DNA of 63,976 bases, filler included, from Octopus bimaculoides (taxonomy: Eukaryota): assembly GCF_001194135.2 (NCBI RefSeq). It is 7 parts of 7 records of this genome, joined end to end, with 100 filler letters (N's around TTAATTAATTAA, not from the genome) between each part and the next. Parts side by side here need not be neighbours in the genome. Positions count along the whole stretch, not along the records: positions 1 to 26,258 come from NC_068991.1; 6 more parts are not named here. The stretch is one strand, 5' to 3'. The notes below the pieces were generated by a model that saw nothing but the letters and a program-made list of their open reading frames with translations, made no database searches and was not told the origin of the DNA. The position numbers and the translations under genes are program-made. This document shows positions 1 through 13,746 of the stretch, piece after piece (the stretch's first letter is position 1; every line of letters starts with the position of its first letter).

Positions 1-129
1 AATTTTTTTTTTTTTTCCTTCCTTCCCCCTCCCAAAAAGAAAAGCTCTACATTGTATTTGTCCCATCTTCGTTGAGCCCTGTGTGGCTAATAAAAGAAAT
101 GTATCTATCCATCTATCTATCTATCTATA

Positions 130-164
<35 letters not shown>

Positions 165-320
165 GCCTGTCTATCTGACTGTCTGACTGACTGTCTATCT
201 ATCTATCTATCTATCTATCTAGACAAATAGATCGCCATATATGTGTATATATACACATATACATTGCTTGCTTTTTTGTCAAGTTATTTATGAAATCAAT
301 TTAACCTTCAACTGAAGTAT

Positions 321-635
321 TCTTTTACTTTTATCTTTTACTTGTTTCAGTCATTTGAATGCGGTCATGCTGGGGCAACGCCTTGAAGAGTTTTGTCGAA
401 CGAATCGACCCCGCGATTTATATTTACTTTTAAGCCTAGTATTTATTCTCTCTGTCTCTTTTGCGGAACCGCTAAGTTACGGAGACGTAAACACACCAAC
501 ATCGATTGTCAAGAGGTGGGGGTGGGGTTAGACGGATACAATAATACACACATATACATACATATACAAAAATGTGTTAAAGAAATTGCTTTGCTTATCA
601 TTTGCACACACACATACGCACACACACACACACAT

Positions 636-669
<34 letters not shown>

Positions 670-823
670 CAGGCTTCTTTCAGTCTCCATCTGCCAAATC
701 TGCTCACAAGGCTTTGGTCGGCTCAAAGCAATAATAGAAGACCATTGCCTAAGGTGCCACGCAGAAGGAGTGAACCTAGAACCATGTCATTGGGAAACAA
801 TCTTGTTACCTCACAGCCGAGCC
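321..823 (-). mobile_element. tRNA-derived SINE, family A, older full-length copy with internal (CA)n
   Basis: Reverse complement aligns end to end with the copies at 47379 and 49602 (head, central microsatellite, gactgaaacaagtaaaaga tail). Confidence 0.85.
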
Positions 824-978
824 AACGCTTATGCTAGCGTTATTCAATAATTTTTAGCAAAGAACATAGTTGTTATCCGTTAGATGGAAAATGTTTGACA
901 GTTACTTCGCAGTTTTGGATTGCAGGCTTAACTCAATCTATGATTTAATTTTGTTCCTTTTTGCTTTCTATAGTATTT

Positions 979-1207
979 TATTTCTTTACTGCCCACAAGG
1001 GGCTACACATAGAGGGGACAAACAAGGATAGACAAACGGATTAAGTCGATTATATCGAGACCAGTGCGTAACTGGTACTTATTTAATCGACCCCGAAATG
1101 ATGAAAGGCAAAATCGATCTCGGCGGAATTTGAACTCAGAACGAAGCGGCAGACGAAATACTGCAAAGCATTTCGCCTGGCGTGCTAACGTTTCTGCCAG
1201 CTCGCCG
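979..1207 (-). mobile_element. tRNA-derived SINE, family B
   Basis: Reverse complement of the 19381 and 57123 copies (ggcagaaacgttagcacgcc...gttctgagttcaaattccgccgag...ccccttgtgggcagtaaagaaata); B-box-like gagttcaaattcc. Confidence 0.9.
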
Positions 1208-2153
1208 TTTTGCTTTCTATAATATTTGACAGTAAGAATGTGCGACAAATGTGCACTCACATACACACGTATTATAGGTAGTACGACCATCAACATGGTA
1301 AACTGCGTCCCTTGGATATTTACTCCTTTCAGAACTCAACCCCACTGTTTATGAACACAACAGATTTCTTCCAGTGAGAAAGAAAGGCAGAGGAAGTTAT
1401 AAAGAGAAAGAGAATTGTTCCCGATACCGGATTACGACTTTATCAACCTCCAGGATTAAAATCAAAGTTACCTTCAGATCTTCGGTGTGATTTGACCATA
1501 GCACACAGAGAGCCAAAATAAATGTATTTCGATTAAAAATACAATTTGAACCTCTCTATCAAAAATGAACAACGTGGTTACGCGATTTATCGGACCGGAA
1601 GCAAAAATAGGATATTACCAGATTCTTGAAAATTAGATCTTAATCATTGAAAGAATGGGTATTGTATATCCACAGCGATCTATGGTATATACAAACACGT
1701 ACAGAGCCAAACTGGTCTCTGATTTTCATAATATTGAATGCGTAGCTTATTTCAGTTTGTTTCATAAACTTCTCCTTCTACTCGCACACTAGATCATGTC
1801 TGGTGGCACATTCATCAGCCTCACACTCAATACACTCCAAACTATATCGAACAGGATGAGTAGGATTTCTTCACTCTTGAATGAGATGGTGAAACCGATT
1901 TATTGTTGCTCTTCAGAAATAAACCACACGTTCATTATTCCATTATTCTTATTGAACAACACAGTATCTTTTTAGCTCCATCCTTTCTTTGGACATTTTG
2001 TTTCTTTTGTATGAGTCGGCCTTGCCACGTACCGAATTTTAATGCCTACACACCAGTATGACACAGTGCATCTCTCTGGAATTTTCTAAACGTCCAAGGG
2101 CACGACTTGAACGTGAGGCCCCTCATTTGTCTTTCTTCTTTTATTTGTGATTG

Positions 2154-2361
2154 CTAATATATTTCTTTTTCATTCTCATTGTTGTTGTTGCTCTTCTTCA
2201 GTGACTGTTCGGCAAACTGCAACTGTTTCTGTTCATCTTGATGGTGGTGATTGTGATATAAACACCTCTTTCCTCCTTCATCATTTATGTGGGGAGAGGT
2301 TGCAGATTTACAAGCGACTGGAATAAACAACATCACCAGTTCCTTGAAGTCACGGTTGGTC
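2154..2361 (-). CDS. Probable terminal coding exon of an unidentified host gene (x-TNRDFKELVMLFIPVACK...SNNNNENEKEIY*)
   Basis: Acceptor ttctattgttgtag immediately upstream (AG at 2362-2363). 1 nt + 68 codons open to TAG at 2154-2156 in non-repetitive sequence, with an H/Q/N-rich disordered tail. Confidence 0.55.
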
Positions 2362-2992
2362 CTACAACAATAGAATGTTAAAGGTGTGAATTATTTTCAG
2401 CACTTATAGAACTAAATGAAATATGTATAATTCAGGCAGACACAATAATAATCATAATAATGGTAGTAATGATAATAAATATAATAATGATAATACTAAG
2501 AAAAAGAAAGAAACAAAACTGCGATGGAAAACTGAAAAGTGAATATGAATATAATTAAAATACAAATCGTATTTATTTTTGCAGAGCATCTATAAGATAT
2601 AATGTGCAAATCTGAAGGGTTTGCCAACAACAAATAATGTTTACGTACGCAACATAATAGCAACATTAGGTCCCTGTTTCTTCATCTCTCACAGATCCGA
2701 TTCTAATCCCTGGTGAGTAATTTCGTGATTTCTCATCTTAGACTTTTATTTTCTCATCTAGGCAATGTTCATTCCAACATACATATGGTAACAAGATATG
2801 GAGAGATGAATAAGAAGAAGAAGAAGGAGGAGGAGGAGGAGGAGAAGAAGAAGTATGCGATTGCTTGAGTTTATAGTCCATTTAAAACTGCTGAACAGAT
2901 TATTTTTTCTGCTTTTCTACACTTGACATGTAAATATTGCTCTTGAGATTTTAGTATAATTAAACAGAGTTCAACCTATAGTGTAAATCAAA

Positions 2993-3042
<50 letters not shown>

Positions 3043-3083
3043 GATGATGATGATGATGATGACGACGGCGAGGATGATGAAGG

Positions 3084-3121
<38 letters not shown>

Positions 3122-3127
3122 TTGACG

Positions 3128-4335
3128 ATTTCTTTATTATCCACCCAGGGTTTACATGAAGAAAAACATTAGTGACGGTACAGACGGCACAGAAGGTTAC
3201 AGCGTGGGTTTTAGCGTGTAAAAAGTCGTATAACGAAATATAAAAATATATTCAAACAATATATTTGTATATATCTTCAGTAAAAAGCCCAATAGGGAGA
3301 ACTTCTGAGGGTCACACATGGAGAAAGCCCACAAAAAGCTACGGTCAAGCTGACCGCCTGGGAATGTGTTCTCTCCCAGTCTTCTCCCTCCAATCTACAG
3401 ATGCGTACTCAGAGCAATCCCTTTCACTTGGGCAATGATCGCCTCTCTCACCCACCTTTCAACAAACTGCTTGGGAGTCAGCACTTTCCTTTCCACCTTG
3501 ATTTTCCTCAAGTGAAATTTGAAAAAGCTAACCAGAGCTTCACCGAAAAGGAAAGTGCTGGTTTTTAGCTCTTTCAGATGTTTTCCCCACATTACCTTTC
3601 TCACCATGGCCACCAGACAGATAAAAAGAACTGTCTGACCTTCTCAGCGAAAAGAAGGCGGCTGGGAAATCTTCGTGATGGACTGAGCTGATAACCGAAT
3701 CCATCCTGCACGTGACAGCATCTGTTCGACATAAACCCACATGTTAGCAATGTTAAGACCCTGGAAGAGTACGTTCAGGACGGTTTCTTCGCCCTGTGCG
3801 CATCTCGGAAAGGACTGACTTCACGGCACATCCATGCCTGTAGAGTTTATCTCGAACAAGCAATGCTCTCTCTTAGAACCGTCAGGTTAGGCTTTTTGGA
3901 AATTGTCCACGGTCACTCGATCAAGAGTTCTCCGGAATAGATTGGCTTGTTAATTATCGTCGACGCCCAGATAAGAACGTCGTTGCTTTTACCCTCTACT
4001 AACTCTCTATAGAACGCCAAGCTGAAGTTTCCACCGATCGTAATGCTGAAGGCTGCGAATGCTTGAAGACATTCTAGTCTCCAAGCGCTCCCTCTCGGTC
4101 TTCGCTTGACCCAGAACTGCAGCTCCGTCAAGGAGACGAGCTGAGGAAAAAAGTGTGTTTTGCGAACGGCGACCACACCTGCTCATCGTCAAAGAAGAGT
4201 TGGAGACGTTGTAGCCTCAGCGCATGTTTGAGTACATAAGCCACGGCATGCCCAGTCCTCCATGCGAGTCTTGTCAGCAAATGGACCACCTGACCAGTAG
4301 AGTTTATCCTTTCCACGAAAAGCGGAAGACTACTT
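3128..4335 (-). mobile_element. L1/Tx1-clade LINE, decayed 3' part of ORF2 (zf-RVT region and C-terminus) plus 3' UTR
   Basis: Frameshifted translation ALLVRDKLYRHG..ETVLNVLFQ resembles the zf-RVT motif; C-terminus KVMWGKHLKELK...FVERWVR; ends aataaagaaa. Confidence 0.7.
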
Positions 4336-4399
4336 ACTTTAGTCTTTTAGAGGAAGGACAGTTGCTCCACTCTTCTGACCAGTTATGAGTTCTTTCACA

Positions 4400-5130
4400 A
4401 GAATGTCTGTTTATTTTCTTTTTTAACATTGTATATGTGCTTTGGTCTATAGGAATAATGTTAATCTGTGTGGGTGGTGCAATTTTTTAGGTGATATGTA
4501 ATTTGTTTCCGATATGCTGGGGTTGTGTTATATGTAGTGGAGTAGATTTTTGTTGCTGGTGTTTATTGCTGTGCAGTGTGTGGATTTTGTGTCCTTTCGT
4601 TGTATTTGCTGTTGTTGCAGATGACAGTTTGGTTGTGTTTGAGATGCTGTTAGCTGTATTGTTGATGCTGGTTGTGTAGGTGAGCTTAGTGGTGTTCCTC
4701 TTGGCGGTGACTGTGGATTGGATGGTGTTGTATGTCCTATGTTTGTGATACGTTTTTCAAGTTGTATTGGTGGGTGCCGTCCACATAGTCTATTATGTCT
4801 GGGATAGCTTCAATGTTATCTTACTATGTTTGGACAAGAAGTTTGATCTCAGACTCTGACCAATTTTAAGTTTTTATTTTCTTTTTTCAAGGATTTCGGT
4901 TGCTCTCAAAGTCCATGACGACAGTTGCCACTAACTAACCAATTGCTATTGTAGGCGGCACATAGATTACCTTTTTGGTCACATTATGTTGGTAGCCGAG
5001 TGAGCTCTTAACTCCTTGGTGGTGTGAAGGAGTGGCATCTCGCTTCCTCTAGCACTTTAAACAATATGTACACCATCTCAAATCTTTGATTGCCGGCCCA
5101 AGGGTTGACTGGATTCTATCTGAATGTTTA
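4400..5130 (-). mobile_element. Possible 5'/ORF1 part of the same internally deleted LINE
   Basis: A/C-skewed decayed coding strand contiguous with the ORF2 fragment (KLVRV..IEAIPDIIDYVDGTH). Family not verified. Confidence 0.3.
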
Positions 5131-6126
5131 GTTAAAGTTATCAAGTATTTAGAATATTTCGATCAATCGACCCATCCTCAAGGTTTCCATTTAATTTCCC
5201 TTTCGGCATCAATGTTTTACAAAAACGTATGACTGTATCACAGTTTCATATGTTTCTTGTCTGGAATATATATAAGGCTTTGTTGCCCAAATATATCTAT
5301 TATTGTACTTGTGTGTGTGGTGTATTAGTGCAATGAAATATAGTGTTAGAAAACAATAGTGGTAGTAGGTAATGGTGAGGGTAGAACTGTAGAATCAGGA
5401 TAATGTTGAATAAATAGGAATGGCAGCGATGGTAGAGGAATCGCAGAATCAATAGAGCGTCGAAAAAAGAAATGAATTGCTATATTGAGCTACATCACTT
5501 TACGTTTTGAGTTCAAATCCAGCTCTTATCAATTTTGTCTTATTAACAGGTCTCGAAACGAAAGGTACTAGTCAACTACTGCAGCTGATTTCATCGACTG
5601 ATACTTGTTCCTATATTTGCAGCCCTCTTGGCAAATTTATAAATCTTCATTATTACCATAGTTATTTATTTTTTTATTTGCTTATTTATTTATTATATTT
5701 GGTGTATCTGAGTCAAAGGTCAGAATGAAGTCGTCCATACATGCTGTCATGTTTAAATATGTTCTTGACATGATTTCAAACAAGCAATGTAATGTCTTTC
5801 CATGCATCATCTGGACGTTGTCACAGGAAGCTAAATATCGATTACTTAGATGGCGTGGTAATCAGAGAAAGAGAGAGAGAGAGTGGGGGAAAGAAGGAGG
5901 GAGCTCATATTTCACGTCTAACTTACTTACAATATCAACAGAGACACAAAACACAACATTGTTTAAAACACTAAACTGGAACTCTGAACTACTTTTTGAC
6001 AATTTCACTTATGTCAATTCCTTATCCACATACCCACCCACCTCTTTCGCCTCTCTTTCACCTTCTTTCTTTGTATGTATTTATCTCTCTCACATGCTCT
6101 CTCCTCTCCTTTCTCCTTTTCTTTGC

Positions 6127-6173
<47 letters not shown>

Positions 6174-6291
6174 CGTGTGTATGTGTGTGTGTGCATAATT
6201 TTCCACTAAATCCTCTATTTCTCGCCCTCACTCTCTCTCTCTCACCATCTCCTCTTTCCCCCTCTTGCTGCTCTCTGTCTGTTTCTCTCTC

Positions 6292-6334
<43 letters not shown>

Positions 6335-7390
6335 ACATACACACACATACACTCACACATATCTGCTTGCACGTACATACATGCACACAAGCAAACACCT
6401 TTTCATCGATATATCTGCCTTTGTCATTCATATATATATACACACACACAAGTAGTTTGTCTCACCTTCCATTTGTTACAATTTTCTCTTTCCGTTTGCT
6501 CTTCATGTTTCGATGAACCACTTTTGTTGACACTGAGCATTTATATGTATCGGTATACTTTACTTGCCCTCTTTCTCCCCCCCTTCTCTCTCTCGCTCAT
6601 CTTCTCTATCATTTTCTCTCTCTATCTCTCTTCTCTTTATCTCTTTCACTTTATACACACACTCACACATAATATACTTGCGCATAAATGCAAAGTAAAA
6701 AGAGTAGGAATTTAAACCAAATTAATCTTCTAGACATAAACCGGATTAACAGAAAACACTTTTAAAACAGAACTATACTTGCACACTATTCTTTCACACA
6801 TACAGAATACATTTTCAACAAGCTTGGACAAATTGGTGGTGAATTGGTAGACTTGTTAGATTGTAGGACGAATTGCTTTGCCGTATTTACTCCGATCCCT
6901 TGAGTTCTGAGTTCAAATCGTACCAAGATTAATCTACCTTCCATCCATCCGATGTTGATAAACAAATACCATTTTAGAGCGGTGAACTGGTAAAAACGGG
7001 TGAGCGATGGCCTTTTACATTCTGAGATCAAATCCTTCTGTGGATTATTTGGATGGTAGACTTAATTTGTCACATGTTTTAACATCACAACTTGAATTGC
7101 AAGCATTCAGGCCAAACTTCTAGTTTGAGGACATCCTCCCTCCCACGGGAACTATTCTTTCCACCTGAGAAAATTGATGGAAACTATATACTTGTCATTT
7201 GATAAAATCTGTTTCAGATCCCAATAATATAAATTGGTCCCTTACAGGAACAGTTTTTAACTTAATTCACTGAAGTGTCTACTGTGCTCGAGCGGGAAAT
7301 ACTTTATCCGTTTTTAGGACAACTCTGCCACCCTTGCTACTAAAAGGATCATCAACAACCTCTCTGCCGCACACACACACACACACGCAC

Positions 7391-7437
<47 letters not shown>

Positions 7438-7853
7438 AACACACACACACACACATACACACACACACACAGACACACACACACACATACACACACACAC
7501 ACATGCTGAAAACGAGATGGTGTTGAAATTGTACTATTTTAACTGTCCGTCATCATTCTTTTCAATGTTAAACTAGCAGTTTAGACATTGCCACTGATTG
7601 TTATATTGCCCCCAGTGTCATTAATTACAGATCTCTTTCTATCCTTATACTAAAATATCATCAATTTAGATCTTTTATAACTTTATACAGTCCTCGATGT
7701 TAGACATTTCAAAATCTGAGTGATGTCTTGATTATTAGAGCTTTGTATTAAGACTTTCTTGTAGTTTTGCTTCATATGAAAGTGTTGCGTGTACGTGCGT
7801 GTGTATGTGTGTGTGTGTGTATGTGTGTGTGTGTGTGTGTGTGNNNNNNNNNN

Positions 7854-7895
<42 letters not shown>

Positions 7896-8483
7896 ATGCG
7901 GGCATGTGTATCTGCTTTACTCAAGGCGTGTTCTAAATGCTTCTGTGCGGTTTTCTTTTCGCCAAATTTTAGAAATTCACAGCTCAGTAAGCCTAGTAGA
8001 TAAACTGTTCTTTCTCCTCCTTTCATTTCTCTACCCATTTCTCTCTCACTCACTTTTCACCTCACTCATTCACTTTTATAGCAATTTCTTTTTAATGAAG
8101 TGTTCTTTATGAAGTGATAGAGCTAACAGTGCATTGATATTTTGTTATCTTAAAATGAACCGTCTGTTTATAAATATTCTCCATAATTTAAAAACTTCTT
8201 GTGAATTTTGATGTTTTTTCTTTGGGTACATTTAATTTTAGCTCACAGTTATGCGATATATCCATTATTTCCCTCGTTTAGTCATCTCCCACCGTCACCC
8301 TATCACTGCTAGATGATTTTTCTCGATAAACATTTTCCAACAATCTTTAAATATGATGTTGTTACAACCACTTTACTTTAGTCCAAAGGTGGGCAGCATT
8401 AAACTTTGAGTAAAAATATGAGAAAAGATTTAGCTGCCAATGAATTAATGTGTGTGCGCGCGCGTGTGTGTGTTTGTGTGTGT

Positions 8484-9300
8484 ATCGTCGTCGACTTCCC
8501 GTAGTAGGTCGACGTTGACTATTCTTGTTCAGAATAATCTCTGGCAGGCTCGCGTGTGGGCTACAAGACCTGCTCTTGGCCTGTAGTAGTGATGACATCT
8601 GCTGTAGTCTAATCTAATTGACGCATCGGAGAAGTGACACCTCTCATGTGCCCTTTCGTATTTTCTCTGCTCTTTCTCCTGGAATTGCGAGCATCATAGA
8701 TTGATCCTATTCATCGCGTCGCAGAGCCTTCTTCCCCTAGGAGTCTACGAATATACCTGAGTTCTTCATATGTCTCTTCAGGACAACCTTGTATCGCAAC
8801 TTCTGACCATCACAGCTTCTCCTGCCTTGATGGAGTTCAGTGTGGAAAACTGTCATTGAGAGCCTGCTGCCCTCGATCCAACAAACATGTCCCACCCAGC
8901 GCAACTGTAGTGAGGTAATGAGGATTTGCACACAAACTGTGTCAACGAGGTGTTGGACCTCTACATCAGAAATACAATACTGTCACTTAATATGCAAGAT
9001 GGAGCATAGATGACGAAGTTGGATCTGCATCGGGCCCTGATGTGCCTGAGGTAGAGGGACATGCATTCCATGATATAGAGAAGACAATGGGGCACAGCAG
9101 TACTGTACAACTTCACCTTCCTGTTGCTGCCAATCTAACGTCAGTTCCATAGACACTTCTCGAGAGAGTCAAAAGCCTTTGTGGCAGACAGTATTCAACC
9201 ACTTCGAGGTCAGAAGAATTAGTACAAGTCACCGGACTGCCGAGTAAAGGTCTCGGTGTACTTAAGGGAGCTCTCCGTTCACTGTCACTGGCTCTTGGTG
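8484..9300 (-). mobile_element. RTE-clade LINE, decayed 3' end of RT plus C-terminal His/Cys motif
   Basis: QLRWVGHVCWIEGSRL...QKLRYKVVLKRHMK, KVKLYS and RAGLVAHTRACQR are typical of RTE ORF ends; terminal gtcgac..gtcgac hairpin. Confidence 0.8.
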
Positions 9301-9333
9301 TACTTATATATGCATATGTCTGTATGCATATAC

Positions 9334-9367
<34 letters not shown>

Positions 9368-10622
9368 NNNNNNNNNNNNNNNNNNNNNNNNNNNNNNNNN
9401 NNNNNNNNNNNNNNNNNNNNNNNNNNNNNNNNNNNNNNNNNNNNNNNNNNNNNNNNNNNNNNNNNNNNNNNNNNNNNNNNNNNNNNNNNNNNNNNNNNNN
9501 NNNNNNNNNNNNNNNNNNNNNNNNNNNNNNNNNNNNNNNNNNNNNNNNNNNNNNNNNNNNNNNNNNNNNNNNNNNNNNNNNNNNNNNNNNNNNNNNNNNN
9601 NNNNNNNNNNNNNNNNNNNNNNNNNNNNNNNNNNNNNNNNNNNNNNNNNNNNNNNNNNNNNNNNNNNNNNNNNNNNNNNNNNNNNNNNNNNNNNNNNNNN
9701 NNNNNNNNNNNNNNNNNNNNNNNNNNNNNNNNNNNNNNNNNNNNNNNNNNNNNNNNNNNNNNNNNNNNNNNNNNNNNNNNNNNNNNNNNNNNNNNNNNNN
9801 NNNNNNNNNNNNNNNNNNNNNNNNNNNNNNNNNNNNNNNNNNNNNNNNNNNNNNNNNNNNNNNNNNNNNNNNNNNNNNNNNNNNNNNNNNNNNNNNNNNN
9901 NNNNNNNNNNNNNNNNNNNNNNNNNNNNNNNNNNNNNNNNNNNNNNNNNNNNNNNNNNNNNNNNNNNNNNNNNNNNNNNNNNNNNNNNNNNNNNNNNNAT
10001 ATATACGTACAGGTATGTGCATACCGACATCCACCTGTATGTATAGGTGCATATCTGGGTACAGGACATTGCAAACAAAACAGTGACGAGAAAACACATA
10101 AGCCACATAGAGAACATTCTACTTCATCACCTACCTCCGTTTTAACACCGGCGTTTCGAAGAGCTAGGCAGGCCGCATCGTTAAAACAGCTCTTTCCATG
10201 GACGGCAAATTAAATTTGTATACACAAATTAAATCTTGTCATGGAGGAATGTTGTGGCGGACAAAAAACAAGACAGGAAAACAAGAAGGAGATATATTTA
10301 AGAATTTACAAACAATTGTATAGGAATAACTGACCTGTCTTTCTGACATTTTGTCTTGTGTGTAGCTAAGGAATGTTTGCTATTTTTAGGAACAGTGTTG
10401 GAGGTTGGTTGGGGGAGGGAAAGAAGAGCAATGTGGAATCAAAAGGATTGTTTTGTTTCTGTGCTAGTCTGTCATGGTTCAGTGGTTTTGAAGACTGGTC
10501 TTAGAGGTCAGAATAGTGTGAGTGTGTGTGTCTCTGTGCACACGTCTATGTATGTGTGTGTATATATACATGTGTTTGTATTTTATATTTGGTAGGATGG
10601 TGTGTGTGTATACGCACACATT

Positions 10623-10653
<31 letters not shown>

Positions 10654-11449
10654 GATTAGTATTTGTCAGGGTGTTGTGTGTGGGCATGTGTGTGTGTATG
10701 TGTTTGTTCACGTGTATGTGAGCGTCTGTATGTGTGCGTGTGTATGTTTGAGTGTTTTGTGTTGGTAGAGATGTTATGTGTGTGTATGCGAGTGCGTATG
10801 TACGTGAGTGTGTATGTACGTGGGTGTGTGTATACGTGAGTGTGTGTGTATGTGAGTGTGTGTGTACGTGAGTGTGTGTCTCTGAGTATGTTTGTGTTAT
10901 AATTGTCCTGGTGGTGGTGGTGGTGGTGGTGTGTGTGTGTGAGGGTGCATATGCATGTGTGTGTGGGTATGTGTGGGTGCGTATGTGTGAGTGAGTGTGT
11001 TGTATTTATCAGGGGTTCTGTGTCCGTGTGTGTTGGGTTTATCCGNNNNNNNNNNNNNNNNNNNNNNNNNNNNNNNNNNNNNNNNNNNNNNNNNNNNNNN
11101 NNNNNNNNNNNNNNNNNNNNNNNNNNNNNNNNNNNNNNNNNNNNNNNNNNNNNNNNNNNNNNNNNNNNNNNNNNNNNNNNNNNNNNNNNNNNNNNNNNNN
11201 NNNNNNNNNNNNNNNNNNNNNNNNNNNNNNNNNNNNNNNNNNNNNNNNNNNNNNNNNNNNNNNNNNNNNNNNNNNNNNNNNNNNNNNNNNNNNNNNNNNN
11301 NNNNNNNNNNNNNNNNNNNNNNNNNNNNNNNNNNNNNNNNNNNNNNNNNNNNCTCTGAGTATGTTTGTGTTATAATTGTCCTGGTGGTGGTGGTGGTGGT
11401 GGTGGTGTGTGTGTGTGTGTGTGTGTGTGAATGATATTTTCAATGTATA

Positions 11450-12300
11450 TATATGTGCTATTTTTTTATACCTTCTTATATCCTTTCAGATTTTTTCTTT
11501 GTGTGGGTAATTTTTATATGAATACATTTTTTGCAAAAGTTTTTAAATAAGAGTACCTGATATAGGAATATTTATCTTATTTTTTGGGCCTTTAATCTTT
11601 GGTTTTGATTCAATAGAAAATGTGTACCCTTACTCGGATGGCATTTGAATTTAATTATAGATTCATCGTTGAATAGTTTTAGCATGATCACCTTAGCATT
11701 ATGCTAGGAAGAAGCATTATTAGGTTTCTCTTATATTTAAAAGCACCCCAGCTTTATGGGTTAGGCTGATATATCTATCCTTCTCTTACTTGATTCTTAA
11801 ATCCTTTTCTACATTTTAACATTTTAATAAAGTTTGGATACATATCTTTTCCCGTACTTTTAATTCTCACACTTAGATCTCATTGTGACCGCATTTGTCT
11901 TCCATTTTAGGCCCCTATTACTTGATAATCATAATATGTTAAGTCACCCTTGTCCTTCCTCTTTCTGGTTATCACCTCTCCTCTATATATCATTATCTTA
12001 CTAGTAACTTCTGTGACATATTATTTTATGTAGATATGGCTGGTTTTATGGTCCCAGTAAAGTAGGGGAGGGGAGTGTATCCGACATTAATTAATCCATC
12101 ACCACCAAGAACTTAACAGTAAATTCCTAATGGATTTAATTCTAAGGGGTTCTAGACGACATGCTGCATTGAGTCTTTTGAATGTAATAAGTGTAAAAAT
12201 GAATGTAGCTATATCACCATTCCTCTTTCTTGACCCCCATTATTTTCTTCTGCCACTCTAACTCATAATAGGCCTTAAGTATTTTCCCCCTAAATTCATT
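11450..12300 (-). mobile_element. Very decayed Penelope-like element (linker/GIY-YIG region)
   Basis: Scattered motifs on the minus strand (HNAKVI, KFKCHPSK, NI.YQ) in the same order as the element at 61095-62455. Confidence 0.3.
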
Positions 12301-12418
12301 CTGCCACAAAAATTAGCAACAAGAAGCAATGTCATAATTTAATCTCTAGTACTGATGAAAAAGTTGCTAAAAAAATTATAATGGTATATCCTGTATGTTG
12401 GGACTCTATATAGTTGTC

Positions 12419-12505
12419 TGCTTCCGAGGAGAGCGGATTATTTCAAATTGATGTAATGTTTTCATTGGTCGATTAAATGGAGCCGCTTGAAACGGCCGTA
12501 ACGCA
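12419..12505 (+). ncRNA. Degenerate type I hammerhead ribozyme
   Basis: CCGAGGA core (U4>C) 12424-30; stem II GAGCGG/CCGCTT; GAA; palindrome ACGGCCGT; GUA site; stem I TGCTT/ACGCA (4 of 5 pairs). Confidence 0.55.
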
Positions 12506-12826
12506 CTGATACTTTGACACCTTTGTTACTTATTTGCTATATATATATATCTTTGCTTGTGTATGCGTGTGTTCGGGTGTGAGTGTGAGTGTGTATGTAT
12601 ATGTGTGTGTGCGCGTGTGTGTGATCTATTTTCGATCTTGGATTATAGGTGACTTTATTATAATATTTCCTCATAAATTTAAAACAATGAACAAAGTTTT
12701 TAAATGCTATTGTTATTGTGATACCAATGAATATCATCCTTATATGGTATAACGTGTAGATACNNNNNNNNNNNNNNNNNNNNNNNNNNNNNNNNNNNNN
12801 NNCCACACACACACACGTATACTTAC

Positions 12827-12870
12827 AATTTACTGACGATCACCACATATATTAAGAGAGTGAATGGTAA
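12827..12870 (-). CDS. 44-nt internal coding exon (LPFTLLIYVVIVSK-L), hydrophobic TM-like segment
   Basis: Acceptor tttttttcag (CAG at 12871-12873) and perfect GTAAGT donor (12821-12826). Ends in phase 2 (TT), completing TTG with the first G of the 2361 exon, so it is in frame. Confidence 0.5.
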
Positions 12871-13471
12871 CTGAAAAAAAATGATAGACCTTATATTGAA
12901 GAAACGATTCCTCAACACCACAATTTATAGCACTCGTCCACTATTTTAAGCAGAACATAACACTTCCTAATATTCAGTGCGTAAAATGGTAGTAGGTGAT
13001 CATTTCAATTTTGTCAGGCAATCTTAATAAATAGGTCTTCCTAACGTGGAATGGATGATTCTTACTGAACACGAATTATTTGTTTTTCATAAATCGATTT
13101 TCAAAGTTATAAAAAGTAAGTAATGATACAGATAATGTAAATGTAACAGAATACATTTAGGTTATCGATGGAATTTGATCCATAGACCAAGGATTATATT
13201 TCCAGGTTACATGCGAAAATATTGATTTAACCACACCCAAACAATAAAACAAAACTTGGTGGTTACAAAGAGAAATGCAGGCTTTTACGACCGAATGCAC
13301 ATATTCGTATACATACAAAGACACACGCATATTTATGTAAATACGACATGCTATTATGAAGAAACAATAATGAATACATGAAATAACAACAATGTCAATA
13401 ATCCTTTCTAATTTTAGCACAAGACCAAAAGCGTCGGAAGAAATGCTACTTTGCATTTTGTACGACGCACT

Positions 13472-13595
13472 AACGTTTCTGCCAAAAGACGAAAAGTAAA
13501 GTCGACCTCAGTGGTATTTGAACACAGACGGAAAAGCCGGATGAAATATCGCTAAGCATTTTGCCCATTGTGTTAACGTTTCTGCCAACTCTCAG
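13472..13595 (-). mobile_element. SINE family B, 5' part
   Basis: Reverse complement matches the head of the 19381 copy. Confidence 0.75.
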
Positions 13596-13604
13596 CAATG
13601 CTGC

Positions 13605-13612
13605 TGCTGCTG

Positions 13613-13661
<49 letters not shown>

Positions 13662-13664
13662 AAC

Positions 13665-13746
<82 letters not shown>
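13605..13746. repeat. Compound trinucleotide microsatellite (GCT)n(ACT)n(AAT)n
   Basis: Directly visible. Confidence 0.95.

Noticed and set aside
10135-10205. Minus-strand AAGAGCT/AGCTCTT stem followed by CGAAAC-GCCGGT-GTT
   Set aside because: No recognisable CUGANGA, and H17 would be U; possible relic but unsupported.
2340-12870. LTNRDF resembles the SERINC C-terminus
   Set aside because: SERINCs end immediately after RDF and have LYxWTLxAP before it; here 60+ residues follow and that motif is absent.
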